Assembly: GCA_965197905.1 (NCBI GenBank)
Contig: CBDAOB010000004.1
Location: forward strand, 1,152,001-1,216,000
DNA length: 64,000 nt
Source: Candidatus Latescibacterota bacterium
GTDB taxonomy: Bacteria > Latescibacterota > UBA2968 > UBA8231
Reading direction: 5' to 3'
Shown here: piece after piece, positions 46,848 to 58,899 of the stretch
Numbering within the stretch: the stretch's first letter is position 1
Layout of the letters: each line of letters starts with the position of its first letter
Made by a program: the position numbers and the translations under genes
Notes under the pieces: model-generated
Database searches by the model: none
What the model was told of the DNA's origin: nothing
What the model saw: the letters and a program-made list of their open reading frames with translations, nothing else

Positions 46848-47276
46848 TCAGGTGACGAACTCCAGGCCGTCGTCCGCCAGGCGGCGATAATAACACCCCA
46901 CCCGCGCTTCGCCGTTGTTGTCTTTGGTATGACAGGCTCCGGCACGCCGCCGGCGCACCAGGTACAGCAGCGAGTTCTGCTCGCAGTTGACCCGGACCTC
47001 CTCCAGGTCGAGGAAGTCTCCAGATGTTGCCCCTTTGGTCCAAAGCTCGTTGCGGGAGGTACTCCAGAAGGTGGCCACGTTTTTTTGGACGGTGTACTCC
47101 AGCGCTTGCCGGTTGGCGTACGCCACCAGCAGCACCTCTTTGGTCGTCACGTCCTGAACAGCAACGGGCAGTAATTCCTGGCCGCAGGAAACCACCTGTT
47201 GCAATTTCTCGAAGTCGAGGAGAAGCTTCTCCCCTTCCTCAAGATCCTGGCTATCCACTGTCGATCGGTCGCTCAT
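46848..47276 (-). CDS. hisI: Phosphoribosyl-AMP cyclohydrolase
   Basis: FWSTSRNELWTKGATSG, NCEQNSLL and ACHT..CYYR motifs. Confidence 0.92.
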   Translation of the reverse strand: MSDRSTVDSQDLEEGEKLLLDFEKLQQVVSCGQELLPVAVQDVTTKEVLLVAYANRQALEYTVQKNVATFWSTSRNELWTKGATSGDFLDLEEVRVNCEQNSLLYLVRRRRAGACHTKDNNGEARVGCYYRRLADDGLEFVT

Positions 47277-47279
47277 CCA

Positions 47280-48662
47280 CTATTCCTGAGTCGCCCATGC
47301 GGCCTCTTTGACTACCTCGGACAGGGTCGGGTGGGCGTGCACCGATCGGGCCAGGTCTTCGGCACTGGAAGCAAACTCGATCGCCACAGCTCCCTCGGCG
47401 ATCAGGTGCGATGCCTGAGGGCCGACGATATGCATGCCCAGCAGGCGATCGGTGCTGGCGTCACTGATAATCTTCACGTGACCCTCGATCATGTCCATAC
47501 AGTGGGCGCGGGCATTCGCCCGAAAAAGGTGCTTCCCCGACTTGTACTCTGTTCCAGTCGCCATGGCCGCTTCCTCGGTCAACCCGACGGAAGCGAGCTC
47601 TGGATGGGTATAGACGACACTCGGAATGGCATTGTAGTTCACGTGACCCGCTTTCCCCGCCATTCTTTCCACCGCCGCCACCGCTTCCTCCTCCGCCTTG
47701 TGGGCGAGCATGGGACCCGGGATCAGATCGCCGATGGCGAAGACCCCTTCGACGCTGGTCTGATAATCTTCATTCACCTGCACAAAACCTTTCTCGTCGG
47801 TTTCAACCCCCACTTCCTCCAATCCCAACCCAGCCGAGAACGGCCGTCGTCCCACAGCGACCAACACGCAGTCGCATTCCTCTGCGACTTCACCCTCCTC
47901 TCCAGCGACAGTCAGGCTCACCTTGCCGTCCTGCACCTCCGCGTGGTGAGCGCTGCTTTTTAGGCGGAATTCGAGACCCTGCCGTTTCAAAAGCCGTTGC
48001 AGCAATGTGCCCATCTCGCGGTCGGTACCGGGGAGAATGTGGTCCAAGAACTCCACCACCAATACCTGTGCCCCGAGCCGGCTCCACACTGAGCCCAGCT
48101 CGAGGCCGATGGCGCCCGCCCCTACCACGACCAAACGTTCGGGAACCGACGCGAAGGACAACGCCTCGGTAGAGCTTAACACATGCTCGCCGTCGAAGGG
48201 CAGGTCCGGCAGTTCGATCGGGATGCTGCCGGTGGCCAAGAGAATACGCGCGCAGGATAGCGTCCGCGTGCCTTGCTCCGTGGTCACCTCCACCTGGCCC
48301 ACCCCGGAAATGCGCGCCGAGCCGGAAACAAAATCCACGCCAGTCTGACCGAACAACCCACCGATCCCCTTGGTCATGGTCTCGACGATGGTTTCCTTGC
48401 GGCCCATCATCGCCCCCAGATCCAGATCGACGGCGCCGGCATGTATGCCGTGGTGATCAACCCCCGATTTCAGCTGGTGATACAGCTCGCTGGATTCTAG
48501 CAGCGCCTTGCTGGGAATGCATCCGACGTTCAAGCAGGTGCCGCCGAGGAATTCCTTGTCGACGCAAGCGACCCGCATACCCAGCTTCGCCCCGCGGGCC
48601 GCTGCCACGTAACCACCGGGCCCGGCTCCCACCACTACTATATCGTAGACGTCGGAAGCCAT
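47280..48662 (-). CDS. lpdA: Dihydrolipoamide dehydrogenase (E3)
   Basis: GAGPGGY, GGTCLNVGCIPSK, GPMLAHKA and HAHPTLSE motifs. Confidence 0.96.
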   Translation of the reverse strand: MASDVYDIVVVGAGPGGYVAAARGAKLGMRVACVDKEFLGGTCLNVGCIPSKALLESSELYHQLKSGVDHHGIHAGAVDLDLGAMMGRKETIVETMTKGIGGLFGQTGVDFVSGSARISGVGQVEVTTEQGTRTLSCARILLATGSIPIELPDLPFDGEHVLSSTEALSFASVPERLVVVGAGAIGLELGSVWSRLGAQVLVVEFLDHILPGTDREMGTLLQRLLKRQGLEFRLKSSAHHAEVQDGKVSLTVAGEEGEVAEECDCVLVAVGRRPFSAGLGLEEVGVETDEKGFVQVNEDYQTSVEGVFAIGDLIPGPMLAHKAEEEAVAAVERMAGKAGHVNYNAIPSVVYTHPELASVGLTEEAAMATGTEYKSGKHLFRANARAHCMDMIEGHVKIISDASTDRLLGMHIVGPQASHLIAEGAVAIEFASSAEDLARSVHAHPTLSEVVKEAAWATQE

Positions 48663-49975
48663 CAGATCTCCAGCATCATGCGGCTGGGATCCTCCAGGAG
48701 CTCCTTCAAGCGCACGAGGAAACTCACCGACTGCTGACCATCCACGAGCCGGTGATCGTAGGACAAGGCCACGTACATCATCGGCCGCACCTCGACCTGG
48801 CCATCTACCGCCACAGGTCGCTGTTGAATGGTGTGCATGCCCAGAATGCCGCACTGAGGTGCGTTGAGAATGGGGGTTGAAAGCAGCGATCCGAAGATGC
48901 CGCCGTTGGTGATCGTGAAGGTGCCGCCGCTGAGCTCGCTGATGCCCAGCTTGTTGTCTCGGGCGGCAGCTGCCAAACGTTTGATCTCGCTCTCGATGGA
49001 AGCCATCTGCAACTGGTCGGCGTTGCGCAGCACCGGAACCACCAGTCCCCGCTCGGTGCTCACCGCAATCCCCAGGTGAACGAAGTCGTGATAAACGATG
49101 TCAGTTTCTTCGATGCTGGCGTTCACTTCGGGAAACGCCTTCAAAGCCTGCACTGCCGCCCGCGAAAAGAACGACATGAGACCCAAATTTACGCCGTGCA
49201 CGGCAGCGAACCGCTCTTTGTGTCGGGCGCGAACGGCCATGACCTGCGTCATGTCCACCTCGTTGAAGGTGGTCAGCATAGCGGAGTTATGTTGCGCGGC
49301 AACCAAGTGCTCGGCGATCCGCTGGCGGATCTTGGTCATCGGCACGCGGCGGGTACCGTCGCCATCGACAACCGCTTGCGGAGACGGCGGCGCGGAAACC
49401 GCAGACGGGGGCGGTGTGGCCGCTGGTTTTTCGGCAACGTCTGCAGTTTTTAGGTAATTCAGCACGTCCTCTTTGGTCAGGCGACCGTCGCGGCCAGTTC
49501 CTTGGATGGCGAGCGGGTCGAGGTCGTTCTCTTCCACCATCCGTCGCACAGCAGGGCTCAGGTCGTCGATAGACGCCGCATCGCGGCCGGAGTCCGAGGC
49601 AGATTTCCCGTCATCGGCGACCGCGGCTGGAGCAGGAGTAGTATTGGCAGCTGCTGGGGCGGGTTGGGGTTCTGCCTTTGCGGTGGCGACCGGCGCGGCC
49701 GCGTTTGAATCCTTGTCCGTCGGAGCCGAAACAGGTTCAGCTCCTTCGTCTATACGGGCAACTATAGCGCCGACTTCAAGGGTGTCGTCAACCGCACTCA
49801 CCGGATGCAACACCCCCGCCACCGGCGACGGCAGGTCGACATTGGCTTTGTCCGTTTCCAACACACACAGCGCTTCGTCTCGCTGTACGTATTCCCCCTC
49901 GGATTTCAGCCACTCTAACAGAATCACCTCGCTGATCGATTCCCCCATCTCGGGAATCGCCACATCTACACTCAT
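48662..49975 (-). CDS. sucB: 2-oxoglutarate dehydrogenase E2 (dihydrolipoamide succinyltransferase)
   Basis: Lipoyl ETDKAN, E3-binding [12 protein letters not shown] and DHRLVDG. Confidence 0.95.
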   Translation of the reverse strand: MSVDVAIPEMGESISEVILLEWLKSEGEYVQRDEALCVLETDKANVDLPSPVAGVLHPVSAVDDTLEVGAIVARIDEGAEPVSAPTDKDSNAAAPVATAKAEPQPAPAAANTTPAPAAVADDGKSASDSGRDAASIDDLSPAVRRMVEENDLDPLAIQGTGRDGRLTKEDVLNYLKTADVAEKPAATPPPSAVSAPPSPQAVVDGDGTRRVPMTKIRQRIAEHLVAAQHNSAMLTTFNEVDMTQVMAVRARHKERFAAVHGVNLGLMSFFSRAAVQALKAFPEVNASIEETDIVYHDFVHLGIAVSTERGLVVPVLRNADQLQMASIESEIKRLAAAARDNKLGISELSGGTFTITNGGIFGSLLSTPILNAPQCGILGMHTIQQRPVAVDGQVEVRPMMYVALSYDHRLVDGQQSVSFLVRLKELLEDPSRMMLEI

Positions 49976-49978
49976 GGT

Positions 49979-52792
49979 TTACTCCTTGCCCTGGGCCTGA
50001 CGCCAGCGCTCGCGTTTCACGTCTTCCAGAATCACTTCCTTGGATTCCAGCCGAAGAGCCTGTTCCACGATATCCGCTTGTTCCCGTTGATGCGCCGAGG
50101 ATACGCCGACGGCCGGACTGGCCGCCTCATCACGGCCCACATAAGAGAGCTTTACGCCGTTGGGGAGAATCTCCTCCAATAGCGTTCGCACAAAATACCA
50201 GGCACCCATGTTCTCGGCTTCCTCCTGTACCCACAGCAGCTCGCGCAGGTTGGGATAACTCTTTATTACCGAGCTCAGCTTTTCCTGGGGAAACGGATAC
50301 AATTGCTCAAGTCGTGTAACGGCTATTCTACTGTTCTGTTCTCCCTTGTGATCCTCGATGATGTCGTAATAAATCTTGCCGGTGCAGAGCACCAGGCGGT
50401 AGACGTTGTCGAGGTCAGTGACATTTGAGTCTTCGATCACACACTGAAAACCGCCCTCCAAGAACTCGCCGATGTCGGAGGTACAGAGCTTGTTCCTCAG
50501 CAGGCTCTTGGGTGTCATCAGGATGAGCGGCTTGCGAAAGTTCCGGTGCATTTGGCGTCGCAAGACGTGAAAGAGCTGCGCCGGTGAGGTTGGGTAGCAC
50601 ACTTGCATGTTGTTCTTGGCGCACAGCTGCAGGAATCGTTCCAACCTGGCGCTGGAGTGCTCCGGGCCCATGCCCTCGTACCCGTGAGGCAACAACAGAA
50701 CCAAGCCGTTCATCCGGTGCCATTTCGCTTCGGCTCCACTGACGTACTGATCGATGACCAGCTGGGCCCCGTTGACGAAATCGCCAAACTGGGCTTCCCA
50801 CATAATCAGCCGGCGCGGATCGGCTGAGCTGATCCCGTACTCGAATCCGACGACGGCCAATTCCGACAACATCGTATTCAGAACCTCGAAGCGACCCTGG
50901 GTCTCCGCCAGATGGGACAGCGGCACGTACTTTTTCCCGGTCTCGACGTCGTGCCAAACCGAGTGCCGGTGGGCGAAAGTGCCCCGTTGGCTGTCCTGGC
51001 CGGCAAGGCGCACTGGAATGCGCTCCATAAGCAAAGATCCTAGAGCCAGCATCTCGCCGCATCCCCAGTCGACTGGAATCTTTCCTTCAACCATCTCCCT
51101 CCGCGTCGCCATGATCCGTTTGAGGGTACGGTGAAGATTGAATCCCTCGGGAACTTCAGTTGCTCCTACCGCTATGTGCTCGGCTGTGGATCGACTTATC
51201 GCCGTCTCGATGTCCCAGTCTTCGCCAGCCCAACTCAAACCCTGCCACGCGCCGCCGAAGACGTTGGTCCGGGGTTTCACCTTGAGGCGTTGAGCTTTTT
51301 CCTGACAACGTTCCAGTGTGGTGCGCACTTCGTTGCGCATGGCATCGACGCCGTCCGGGGTGATCTTGCCTTCGTCCAGCAGCTGCTGGCTGTAGATTTG
51401 ACACACGGTCGGCTGTTTGGCCACCTGTTGGTACATCACCGGTTGGGTCAGGGTCGGATCGTCGGCTTCATTGTGGCCATAGCGCCGATAGCACCACAGG
51501 TCAATCAATACATCCTCTTTGAAACACTGGCGAAACTCCATCGCCAGACGTGCCACGTGCACTACCGCCTCGGGATCGTCGGCGTTGACGTGGAAAACCG
51601 GTGCCTGTATCTGCCGCGCAACGTCCGTGGGATAGCGGGTGAATCGGCTTTCGGCCGGAGTGGCGGTGTAACCGAGCTGGTTGTTGAAGATGACGTGGAT
51701 CGTTCCGCCGTTCGTATAACCTTCCAGTTGCGACAGGTTCAGGGTTTCGGCGACGATGCCCTGACCGGTAAAAGCAGCGTCACCGTGGATCTGGATTGGA
51801 ATTACCCGGCTGCGCTCTTCGTCGTGCAGATAGTCCTGCTTGGCCTGCACCATGCCTTCGATCAGCGGATTTACCAGCTCCAGGTGGCTCGGGTTGGGGC
51901 TGAGGGACAGGTGAACCCGGTGCCCGTTCTTGCTCACGTGGTCGTAGGAATACCCTTGATGGTATTTGACATCCCCCTCATCCTCGGCCCCTTCTCCATG
52001 CACCGCACCCTCAAACTCGCTCAGCATCACTTCGTACGGCTTGTGAAGAATGTGGGCGAGCACGTTCAAGCGGCCGCGGTGCGCCATGCCGAGAACCATC
52101 TCTTCGAGGCCGAGATCGGCCCCGGTCTCTATGAGCGTGTCGAGCAACGGCAGAAGCGCCTCGCCCCCTTCGACCGAAAATCGTTTTTGACCGATGTAGC
52201 GCGTGTGCAGAAACTGCTCGTACTCCTCGGTTTCGATGAGTTGCCAGAGCAGCCGGTGTGATTGGATTTCGCTAAATGAAGAGCGGTTCAGAATCGGCTC
52301 TATCCGCTGGCGTAGCCAGGTAAGATGATCGGTGTCTTCGACGGTCGTGAAATCGACGCCGATGCTTCCGCAATAAGTGGTGCGCAGTTTATCCAGCAGA
52401 TCGCGGAGGGTGCCATCGGTGTTGCCAAGGAAACCGGCGGAGCCAACCCCCTTGTCCAGATCTTCTTCGGTCAGGGTAAACGCCGATAGCTCCAGCAAGG
52501 CATGGTTCGTCTGGCTGTTACCCAACGGATCCAATCGCGAGATCAGATGTCCGTGCTGGCGATAGGCCTCTAGCAGAGCCAGTACCCCTTTGTCCGTTCG
52601 CGGCCGTGAGGATCTGCGTTCGCGCACGGCCTGTTCCGGATCACCCGCTTGATCTGAGCGAAAGTAGCCGAACTCAAACCCCTTAAAGAAAGCCAGCCAT
52701 TCGGCGTCGAGGGCACTAGGATCCTTCTGGAACTGCTCGTAGAGTTGTTCGAGGAGCTCGGTGTTGTTGATGTTGGCATCGACGGAAGGCAC
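49979..52792 (-). CDS. sucA: 2-oxoglutarate dehydrogenase E1
   Basis: GMAHRGRLN, GDVKYH, HGDAAF, WEAQFGDF and GPEHSSAR. GTG start after GGAGG. Confidence 0.96.
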   Translation of the reverse strand: MPSVDANINNTELLEQLYEQFQKDPSALDAEWLAFFKGFEFGYFRSDQAGDPEQAVRERRSSRPRTDKGVLALLEAYRQHGHLISRLDPLGNSQTNHALLELSAFTLTEEDLDKGVGSAGFLGNTDGTLRDLLDKLRTTYCGSIGVDFTTVEDTDHLTWLRQRIEPILNRSSFSEIQSHRLLWQLIETEEYEQFLHTRYIGQKRFSVEGGEALLPLLDTLIETGADLGLEEMVLGMAHRGRLNVLAHILHKPYEVMLSEFEGAVHGEGAEDEGDVKYHQGYSYDHVSKNGHRVHLSLSPNPSHLELVNPLIEGMVQAKQDYLHDEERSRVIPIQIHGDAAFTGQGIVAETLNLSQLEGYTNGGTIHVIFNNQLGYTATPAESRFTRYPTDVARQIQAPVFHVNADDPEAVVHVARLAMEFRQCFKEDVLIDLWCYRRYGHNEADDPTLTQPVMYQQVAKQPTVCQIYSQQLLDEGKITPDGVDAMRNEVRTTLERCQEKAQRLKVKPRTNVFGGAWQGLSWAGEDWDIETAISRSTAEHIAVGATEVPEGFNLHRTLKRIMATRREMVEGKIPVDWGCGEMLALGSLLMERIPVRLAGQDSQRGTFAHRHSVWHDVETGKKYVPLSHLAETQGRFEVLNTMLSELAVVGFEYGISSADPRRLIMWEAQFGDFVNGAQLVIDQYVSGAEAKWHRMNGLVLLLPHGYEGMGPEHSSARLERFLQLCAKNNMQVCYPTSPAQLFHVLRRQMHRNFRKPLILMTPKSLLRNKLCTSDIGEFLEGGFQCVIEDSNVTDLDNVYRLVLCTGKIYYDIIEDHKGEQNSRIAVTRLEQLYPFPQEKLSSVIKSYPNLRELLWVQEEAENMGAWYFVRTLLEEILPNGVKLSYVGRDEAASPAVGVSSAHQREQADIVEQALRLESKEVILEDVKRERWRQAQGKE

Positions 52793-52969
52793 TTCGAAAC
52801 CTCCCCAGAGAAGGGTATAACCTTGTGCAGCACACCCAGTTAATTTTAGAGGTAAAGAAGATACGCACGCGGTAACCAGGGGCCAAATTTTTGCTTCTCT
52901 CGATCCTGTGCATGCGTCGGTTTGCCAGTGGCTTGAGAGCCCGGTTGCCAACCTCTACATTTTTGAGCA

Positions 52970-55900
52970 ATGCTCATCTACAACGGCCTTCCAGCCCTGT
53001 CCGAGTTTCGTCGCCGCACCTTGCTGGCAGCCTGCCGCGCGGAGAGTCCACAGATCCGCGACGTGAAGGCCTCTCACCTCGTCGTGGTTGAGCTGGAACG
53101 GGAGCTGACGGAGGCAGAGCACGGCTTATTGGAGCGCGTGCTTCAGGTCGAGGGCCCGGCGAGCGGGTTGAGTGACACAGATATCTTTATCTCGCCCCGG
53201 CCCGGTACGATCTCCTCCTGGTCGAGCAAAGCCACCGATATTCTCCACAACTGCGGTCTGAAGGCGGTGACCCGTGTCGAGCGGGGCACGACCTACCACT
53301 TCACCGTCGCATCAGAGGGTGCCAAATCCACCCTCGAACCGATCCTGCCTCTCCTGTTCGACCGCATGACCGAAGCCCGCGTTGAGGCGCCAAACCTGCT
53401 GTCGCAGCAGGTGGAACCAAGGCCACTGGCGACCATTCCCTTGATGCAACAAGGCGATGCGGCGCTCGTCCGGGCAAACGTGGAGATGGGGCTCGCGCTG
53501 ACGGAGGAGGAGATCGACTACTTCAGCGGTGCCTTCCGCGACATGGGACGAGACCCGACCGATGTCGAGCTCATGATGTTCTCAGTGGTGAATTCCGAAC
53601 ACTGCCGCCACAAGATCTTCAATGCCCGTTGGGTCATCGAAGGAACAGAGCTCGAGCCCACGCTGTTCGACATGATCCGCTACACCCACGCCCGCCATCC
53701 TCAGGGTTGTGTAAAGGCGTATTCGGACAACGCCGGCATCATCGAAGGATTTCCCGCGCCTGTTTTTCGACCTGATCCAGGAGATCGTTTCGCCTACGGC
53801 TATCGCAAACGCGACACCCACATCGTGCTCAAGGTGGAAACCCACAACCATCCGACGGCGATTTCGCCGTTTCCTGGCGCCTCTACCGGAGTTGGCGGAG
53901 AGATTCGGGATGAAGGCGCCACCGGTATCGGAGGTCAGTCGCAGGCGGGGCTCTGCGCGTTTTTCACCTCTCATCTGCGTCTCCCAGGGTTCGAGCAACC
54001 GTGGGAAGACACCGAAATCGAGCTCCCTGCTCAATTGGCTTCTCCCCTGGCGATCATGACCGAAGGTCCCATCGGCGGCGCCGCGTTTGGCAACGAGTTC
54101 GGCCGGCCCAACATCTGTGGCGTCTTTCGCACCTTTGAAGAGATGGTGGATCGCCGCTACCGCGGTTATCACAAGCCGATCATGGTAGCAGGAGGGGTTG
54201 GCCTCATCGATGCCGAACACGTAGAGAAGAAACCACTTGCCGCGGGCGATCTTGTCATCCAGATCGGCGGGCCGGCAATGCTCATCGGTTTGGGGGGCGG
54301 CGCGGCCTCCAGCATGGACACCGGAACCAATGTGGAAGACCTGGACTTCGCGTCGGTGCAGCGAGACAACCCGGAAATGGAGCGCAGGTGCCAGGAACTG
54401 TTGAATCGCTGCATCGCTCTCGGAGCGGAGAATCCGATTCTCAGCATCCACGATGTGGGTGCCGGCGGGCTCTCCAACGCCTGCCCCGAGCTCGTGGCGG
54501 ATACCGGCGCCCAGTTCCAGTTGAGAAAGATCCAGAATGCCGACCCGGGGATGAGCCCTATGGAGCTGTGGTGCAACGAAGCCCAGGAGCGCTATGTCCT
54601 GGTCATCGGTCGTGGTGACGGCGACCGCTTCGAGGAGCTGGCCGCGAGGGAGCGCTGCCCGTTTGCGGTAATCGGCGAGATCAGCGGCGACGGCAAACTC
54701 AACCTGGAAGATTCGCAGTTCGAAAGCCGGCCTATCGACGACCTCGAGCTCGATGTCATCCTGGGCAAACCGCCGCGCCTGGTGCGCGATGTCGCGCGCC
54801 GTCACCAAGAATTGATTCCGTTGAAGCGTCCCACCGGCAACCTGGTGGAGACCGTCGATCGTGTGCTTCGCTTTCCGGCGGTGGCTTCCAAATCCTTTCT
54901 CATAACCATCGCCGACCGCACCGTGACCGGACTCATCGCCCGGGATCAGATGGTCGGACGCCATCAGGTTCCCGTCGCCGATGTGGCCGTCACCGCCACC
55001 TCCTTCAAGACCTACACCGGTTCTGCCATGGCGATGGGAGAACGTACGCCGGTGGCCTTGATCGACGCTCCGGCATCCGGTCGTCTGGCGATCGCGGAAG
55101 CAATCACCAACATCGCCGCCGCGTGCATCGGGCCGCTCGGCAACATCAAGCTCTCAGCCAACTGGATGTGCGCTTGCGGCGAAGACGGTGAGGATGCGCT
55201 GCTATACGACACGGTGCGCGCCGTGGGATTGGAGTTCTGTCCCGATCTCGGTGTTGCCATTCCCGTCGGCAAGGACAGCCTATCCATGCGCACCGTTTGG
55301 CAGGACGGCCGCGGCCAAAACCACGAGATGTCTGCCCCTTTGAGCCTTGTCATCTCGGCGTTTGCGCCGGTTCAAGATATTCGCCAGACCCTGACACCGG
55401 CGCTGACGGCCGTGGACGATACCCGCCTGATAGGGGTGGATCTTGGCCACGGCCGGAATCGTCTGGGGGGCTCCGTGTATGCCCAGGTCCACAACCAGCT
55501 TGGCGACGAATGTCCCGACGTAGATCCGGCGGAGCTTAGGCGACTCTACGACGCCGTGCAGGAGCTGATGGCCGCGGATTGTCTGGTGGCGTATCACGAC
55601 CGGTCCGATGGGGGCATCTTCGTCACCCTCGCCGAGATGGCGTTCGCGGGTGGATGTGGGGTGGAGGTGGACCTTGCCGCGCTCGGATCAGACGGGGATG
55701 CGGCCTTATTCGCGGAGGAAGTCGGCGTCGTCCTGCAAGTTCACAGCCGCGATCTTCCGGCCGTGATGGCCGTATTCGAGCACCATGGCCTGGCCGCTGT
55801 GACCCATGATCTCGGGCGCCCCACTGCCGCAGCGAGGATTCGGATTAGCTGCGATGGAGAGCAGCTGGTGGACGCGCCGACGAGATCGCTGCAGCAAACC

Positions 55901-56830
55901 TGGTCGGAGCTCAGCTACCGGATGCAGTCGCTGCGGGACAACCCCGACTGCGCGCTTCAGGAGTTCGAATCCCTCGCCGACGTCGAGGATACAGGCATGA
56001 ACTTCGAGGTCGGATTCCAGATCAGCGACAACGTCGTGTCGGCTAGATCCGCTCGACCACGGATCGCCGTTCTGCGCGAACAGGGGGTCAACGGTCAGGT
56101 AGAAATGGCTGCAGCCTTCGACGCCGCCGGTTTCGAGGCGATAGACGTCACCATGACCGACCTGCTTACGGGTCGGACCGCACTCGAAAGCTTTCAGGGA
56201 TTGGTGGCCTGCGGTGGTTTCAGCTACGGCGACGTGCTAGGCGCGGGGGCCGGGTGGGCGCGCACCATTCTGTTCAACGACAACCTCCGGGCGCAGTTCG
56301 AAACCTTCTTCAGGAACCCGCACACCTTTGGTCTGGGGGTCTGCAACGGGTGCCAGATGCTGTCCCACCTGAAGGAGTTGATTCCGGGCTCCGACTCGTG
56401 GCCGCGTTTTCTGCGCAACCGCTCCGAGCAGTTTGAAGCACGCTACGTCACCGTGGAGGTCGTGGACAGCCCTTCGATATTGCTTGGAAACATGGCGGGC
56501 ACGCGACTGGGGATTCCCTGCGCCCACGGAGAGGGGCGAGCCGAGTTTGCCGATCCCGAGGCACGGCGGGGAACCGAAGCCGCCGGTTTGATCGCGCTGC
56601 GTTACGTCGACAACCGAGGTGCTCCTACCGAGCGCTACCCGTTTAATCCGAACGGGTCTCCACGGGGCGTTGCGGCGCTCAGCTCTACCGATGGTCGGGT
56701 GACGATCATGATGCCCCATCCGGAGCGAGTCTTCCGCAACGTGCAGCTTTCCTGGCGCCCCGCCGATTGGTCGGGTGAATTCAGCCCCTGGCTGCAACTG
56801 TTCCAAAATGCCCGCCGCTTTGTCACCTGA
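52970..56830 (+). CDS. purL: Phosphoribosylformylglycinamidine synthase, large single-chain form
   Basis: [23 protein letters not shown] and GKDSLSM, plus a fused glutaminase ([14 protein letters not shown]); 1286 aa. Confidence 0.97.
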   Translation: MLIYNGLPALSEFRRRTLLAACRAESPQIRDVKASHLVVVELERELTEAEHGLLERVLQVEGPASGLSDTDIFISPRPGTISSWSSKATDILHNCGLKAVTRVERGTTYHFTVASEGAKSTLEPILPLLFDRMTEARVEAPNLLSQQVEPRPLATIPLMQQGDAALVRANVEMGLALTEEEIDYFSGAFRDMGRDPTDVELMMFSVVNSEHCRHKIFNARWVIEGTELEPTLFDMIRYTHARHPQGCVKAYSDNAGIIEGFPAPVFRPDPGDRFAYGYRKRDTHIVLKVETHNHPTAISPFPGASTGVGGEIRDEGATGIGGQSQAGLCAFFTSHLRLPGFEQPWEDTEIELPAQLASPLAIMTEGPIGGAAFGNEFGRPNICGVFRTFEEMVDRRYRGYHKPIMVAGGVGLIDAEHVEKKPLAAGDLVIQIGGPAMLIGLGGGAASSMDTGTNVEDLDFASVQRDNPEMERRCQELLNRCIALGAENPILSIHDVGAGGLSNACPELVADTGAQFQLRKIQNADPGMSPMELWCNEAQERYVLVIGRGDGDRFEELAARERCPFAVIGEISGDGKLNLEDSQFESRPIDDLELDVILGKPPRLVRDVARRHQELIPLKRPTGNLVETVDRVLRFPAVASKSFLITIADRTVTGLIARDQMVGRHQVPVADVAVTATSFKTYTGSAMAMGERTPVALIDAPASGRLAIAEAITNIAAACIGPLGNIKLSANWMCACGEDGEDALLYDTVRAVGLEFCPDLGVAIPVGKDSLSMRTVWQDGRGQNHEMSAPLSLVISAFAPVQDIRQTLTPALTAVDDTRLIGVDLGHGRNRLGGSVYAQVHNQLGDECPDVDPAELRRLYDAVQELMAADCLVAYHDRSDGGIFVTLAEMAFAGGCGVEVDLAALGSDGDAALFAEEVGVVLQVHSRDLPAVMAVFEHHGLAAVTHDLGRPTAAARIRISCDGEQLVDAPTRSLQQTWSELSYRMQSLRDNPDCALQEFESLADVEDTGMNFEVGFQISDNVVSARSARPRIAVLREQGVNGQVEMAAAFDAAGFEAIDVTMTDLLTGRTALESFQGLVACGGFSYGDVLGAGAGWARTILFNDNLRAQFETFFRNPHTFGLGVCNGCQMLSHLKELIPGSDSWPRFLRNRSEQFEARYVTVEVVDSPSILLGNMAGTRLGIPCAHGEGRAEFADPEARRGTEAAGLIALRYVDNRGAPTERYPFNPNGSPRGVAALSSTDGRVTIMMPHPERVFRNVQLSWRPADWSGEFSPWLQLFQNARRFVT

Positions 56831-56862
56831 TCGTCGGCCCCATCCCCGGACTGCGGCATAGA

Positions 56863-58206
56863 TCAGCCACCGCGGCAGAAGCGGCAGACAATGTCGTAGA
56901 TGATATGCGTCGCGAAGAGAAGGTTGTCCACCGAGGTTCGTTCATCGTGTCCGTGGACCAGTCTCATCTCCTCGAGCCCGGGTTGCTGTCGGTACGGCAT
57001 AAATCCGTAGACCTGCGTCTCCGGTCTGCGTGGGCAGATATGTTTGGCGTCGCTCCCACCCGCCATTAGGGACGGAACCACGGGCGCCGCGGGATCATGC
57101 TGGGCCATCACGTCCACCACGGCTTGGAACAGCTGCGACTTCGAACTTGCCTCCAGCGGCGGGCTGTACTGATCGATCTCGATCTCCACCTCGTCGCCGA
57201 TGTAGGGGCGCAACTCCGCCACAAAGCTCTCCATCGTCTGACCCGGTGCCAGGCGACCGTCCACCCATGCAGTGGCTGTTGCCGGAATGACATTGATCTT
57301 GCTCCCCGCCTGAAGCATGGTAACCGAAGCGGTATTGCGCAGCAGCGCGCTTAGCTCCGCTTTGAACTCGGTGGGCAGTGTCAGCTGGTCAAACGCGGCG
57401 GCGCTGCGTTGAGGATCGGCTAGATCGCGCAGATGGGTTGCCAAGGTTGCCTGTTGTCCTTCAGCGATCTCATCCAGGTAGTGGGTCATGGTAGGCGAAG
57501 GGTGAAGGGGTAGAACCACCTCCTGCAGCCGACCTATCGCCTTGCACAGATTTACCACAGCATTCTTGTTGTGCGGGATCGACCCATGCCCCGGCTCACC
57601 CCGCGCGTGCACTCGCATGCGACAGATCCCCTTCTGACCCGTCTGGCAGGTATAGAACCGGCGGCCGCCCAGGCGCAGGTCGCTGCCACCTCCCTCGGTC
57701 AAAATGAACCTGGCATCGATCAGCTTGGGACGGTTGTCCAGCAGCCAACCCGGTCCGTGCTCCCCCTTGCCCGCCTCTTCGTCAGCCGTGGCCGCATACA
57801 GAACGTCCCGATTTAGCGCGATCCCCTCGCGCTTGAGCAACAACATCACCATAAGCTCAGCAGCCACCATGTTCTTCATGTCCAGGGCCCCGCGTCCCCA
57901 GATGAATCCATCGTGAAGTTCCCCGCCGAACGGAGGAAACGTCCATTTGTCCGGTTCGCAGGCGACCACGTCCAGATGCCCCAACAACAGAAGCGGAGGT
58001 TCGTCACCGCCACGCAATCGCGTGGTTACATTGCCTCGGCCAGGTTGTGATTCGGTGATTTCCGTTTCGAATCCTTCCCGGGCCAGCACCCCAGACAGGT
58101 ACTGTGCCGCCTCGGTTTCGTTACCGGGGGGATTGGTCGTATCGATGCGCAGCAGCATCTGCAGGTGGTTCGTTACTTCCGCTCCAACTTCGGTCCAGTC
58201 GATCAT
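56863..58206 (-). CDS. M20/M25/M40 family metallo-hydrolase
   Basis: GHLDVV, GRGALDMK, DEEAG, GHGS and HGHDER motifs. Confidence 0.92.
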   Translation of the reverse strand: MIDWTEVGAEVTNHLQMLLRIDTTNPPGNETEAAQYLSGVLAREGFETEITESQPGRGNVTTRLRGGDEPPLLLLGHLDVVACEPDKWTFPPFGGELHDGFIWGRGALDMKNMVAAELMVMLLLKREGIALNRDVLYAATADEEAGKGEHGPGWLLDNRPKLIDARFILTEGGGSDLRLGGRRFYTCQTGQKGICRMRVHARGEPGHGSIPHNKNAVVNLCKAIGRLQEVVLPLHPSPTMTHYLDEIAEGQQATLATHLRDLADPQRSAAAFDQLTLPTEFKAELSALLRNTASVTMLQAGSKINVIPATATAWVDGRLAPGQTMESFVAELRPYIGDEVEIEIDQYSPPLEASSKSQLFQAVVDVMAQHDPAAPVVPSLMAGGSDAKHICPRRPETQVYGFMPYRQQPGLEEMRLVHGHDERTSVDNLLFATHIIYDIVCRFCRGG

Positions 58207-58877
58207 CGCAGGCCTGCCTCCAGTTTTCCGCCGGCGGCCTGGTGAGCAAGACGGGTAGGTTCGGGAAGTCGGTAGCCGCGGCCGCACGCCAGCAGGTATT
58301 CTACCGCTTCATCCAACGTCACCCGGTGACCGACGGAAACGTACACTGGCTTCACCTTCGTGCGCGTGCGCAACACCGCACCAATCGTTTCCGCCTTGTC
58401 TTTGAGAGGAACCTGGCTGCCTCGCTCCGTTCCCGGCTCATCGTGCTCGCCACAAAGACGCGATTTGGCGCAACCGACCGTAGGCAAATCCAGCAGCAGA
58501 CCCAGATGGGCGGCGATTCCGAGACGCCTTGGGTGAGCGACTCCCTGTCCATCTACCAGGACCAGGTCGGGTTTGCGGCGAACCATTTCGAAGGCACCCA
58601 GCAAACCCGGGCATTCGCGGAACGAGAGTAGACCGGGCACGTAGGGGAATTCGATGGCCCGTTCGTCGACGCGGACCTCGTGCAGTTCAAGCTCGGGATA
58701 GCTCAGGATTACGACCGCGGACATCGCTCTGCCGGCTTTCATGGAGGCATCTACCCCTGCGATCCATTTCACCGGCGATGTTAGCGGCGCCGTGGTCACC
58801 TTGTCCCGGAGCTGTTTCTGCAGCGCCACGGCCTCTTTGGGAGTGAGATTCCAGGGATGTAGGTTCTTTGTTTTCAT
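58203..58877 (-). CDS. nfi: Endonuclease V
   Basis: AGVD, PYVPGLLSFRE, VDGQGVAHPRR and PEPTRLAH motifs. Confidence 0.95.
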   Translation of the reverse strand: MKTKNLHPWNLTPKEAVALQKQLRDKVTTAPLTSPVKWIAGVDASMKAGRAMSAVVILSYPELELHEVRVDERAIEFPYVPGLLSFRECPGLLGAFEMVRRKPDLVLVDGQGVAHPRRLGIAAHLGLLLDLPTVGCAKSRLCGEHDEPGTERGSQVPLKDKAETIGAVLRTRTKVKPVYVSVGHRVTLDEAVEYLLACGRGYRLPEPTRLAHQAAGGKLEAGLR

Positions 58878-58899
58878 GGCGGCATGGAGGTGTCGTTCA

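Noticed and set aside
52793..52969. Purine or ZTP riboswitch upstream of purL
   Set aside because: No recognisable conserved aptamer sequence or terminator.
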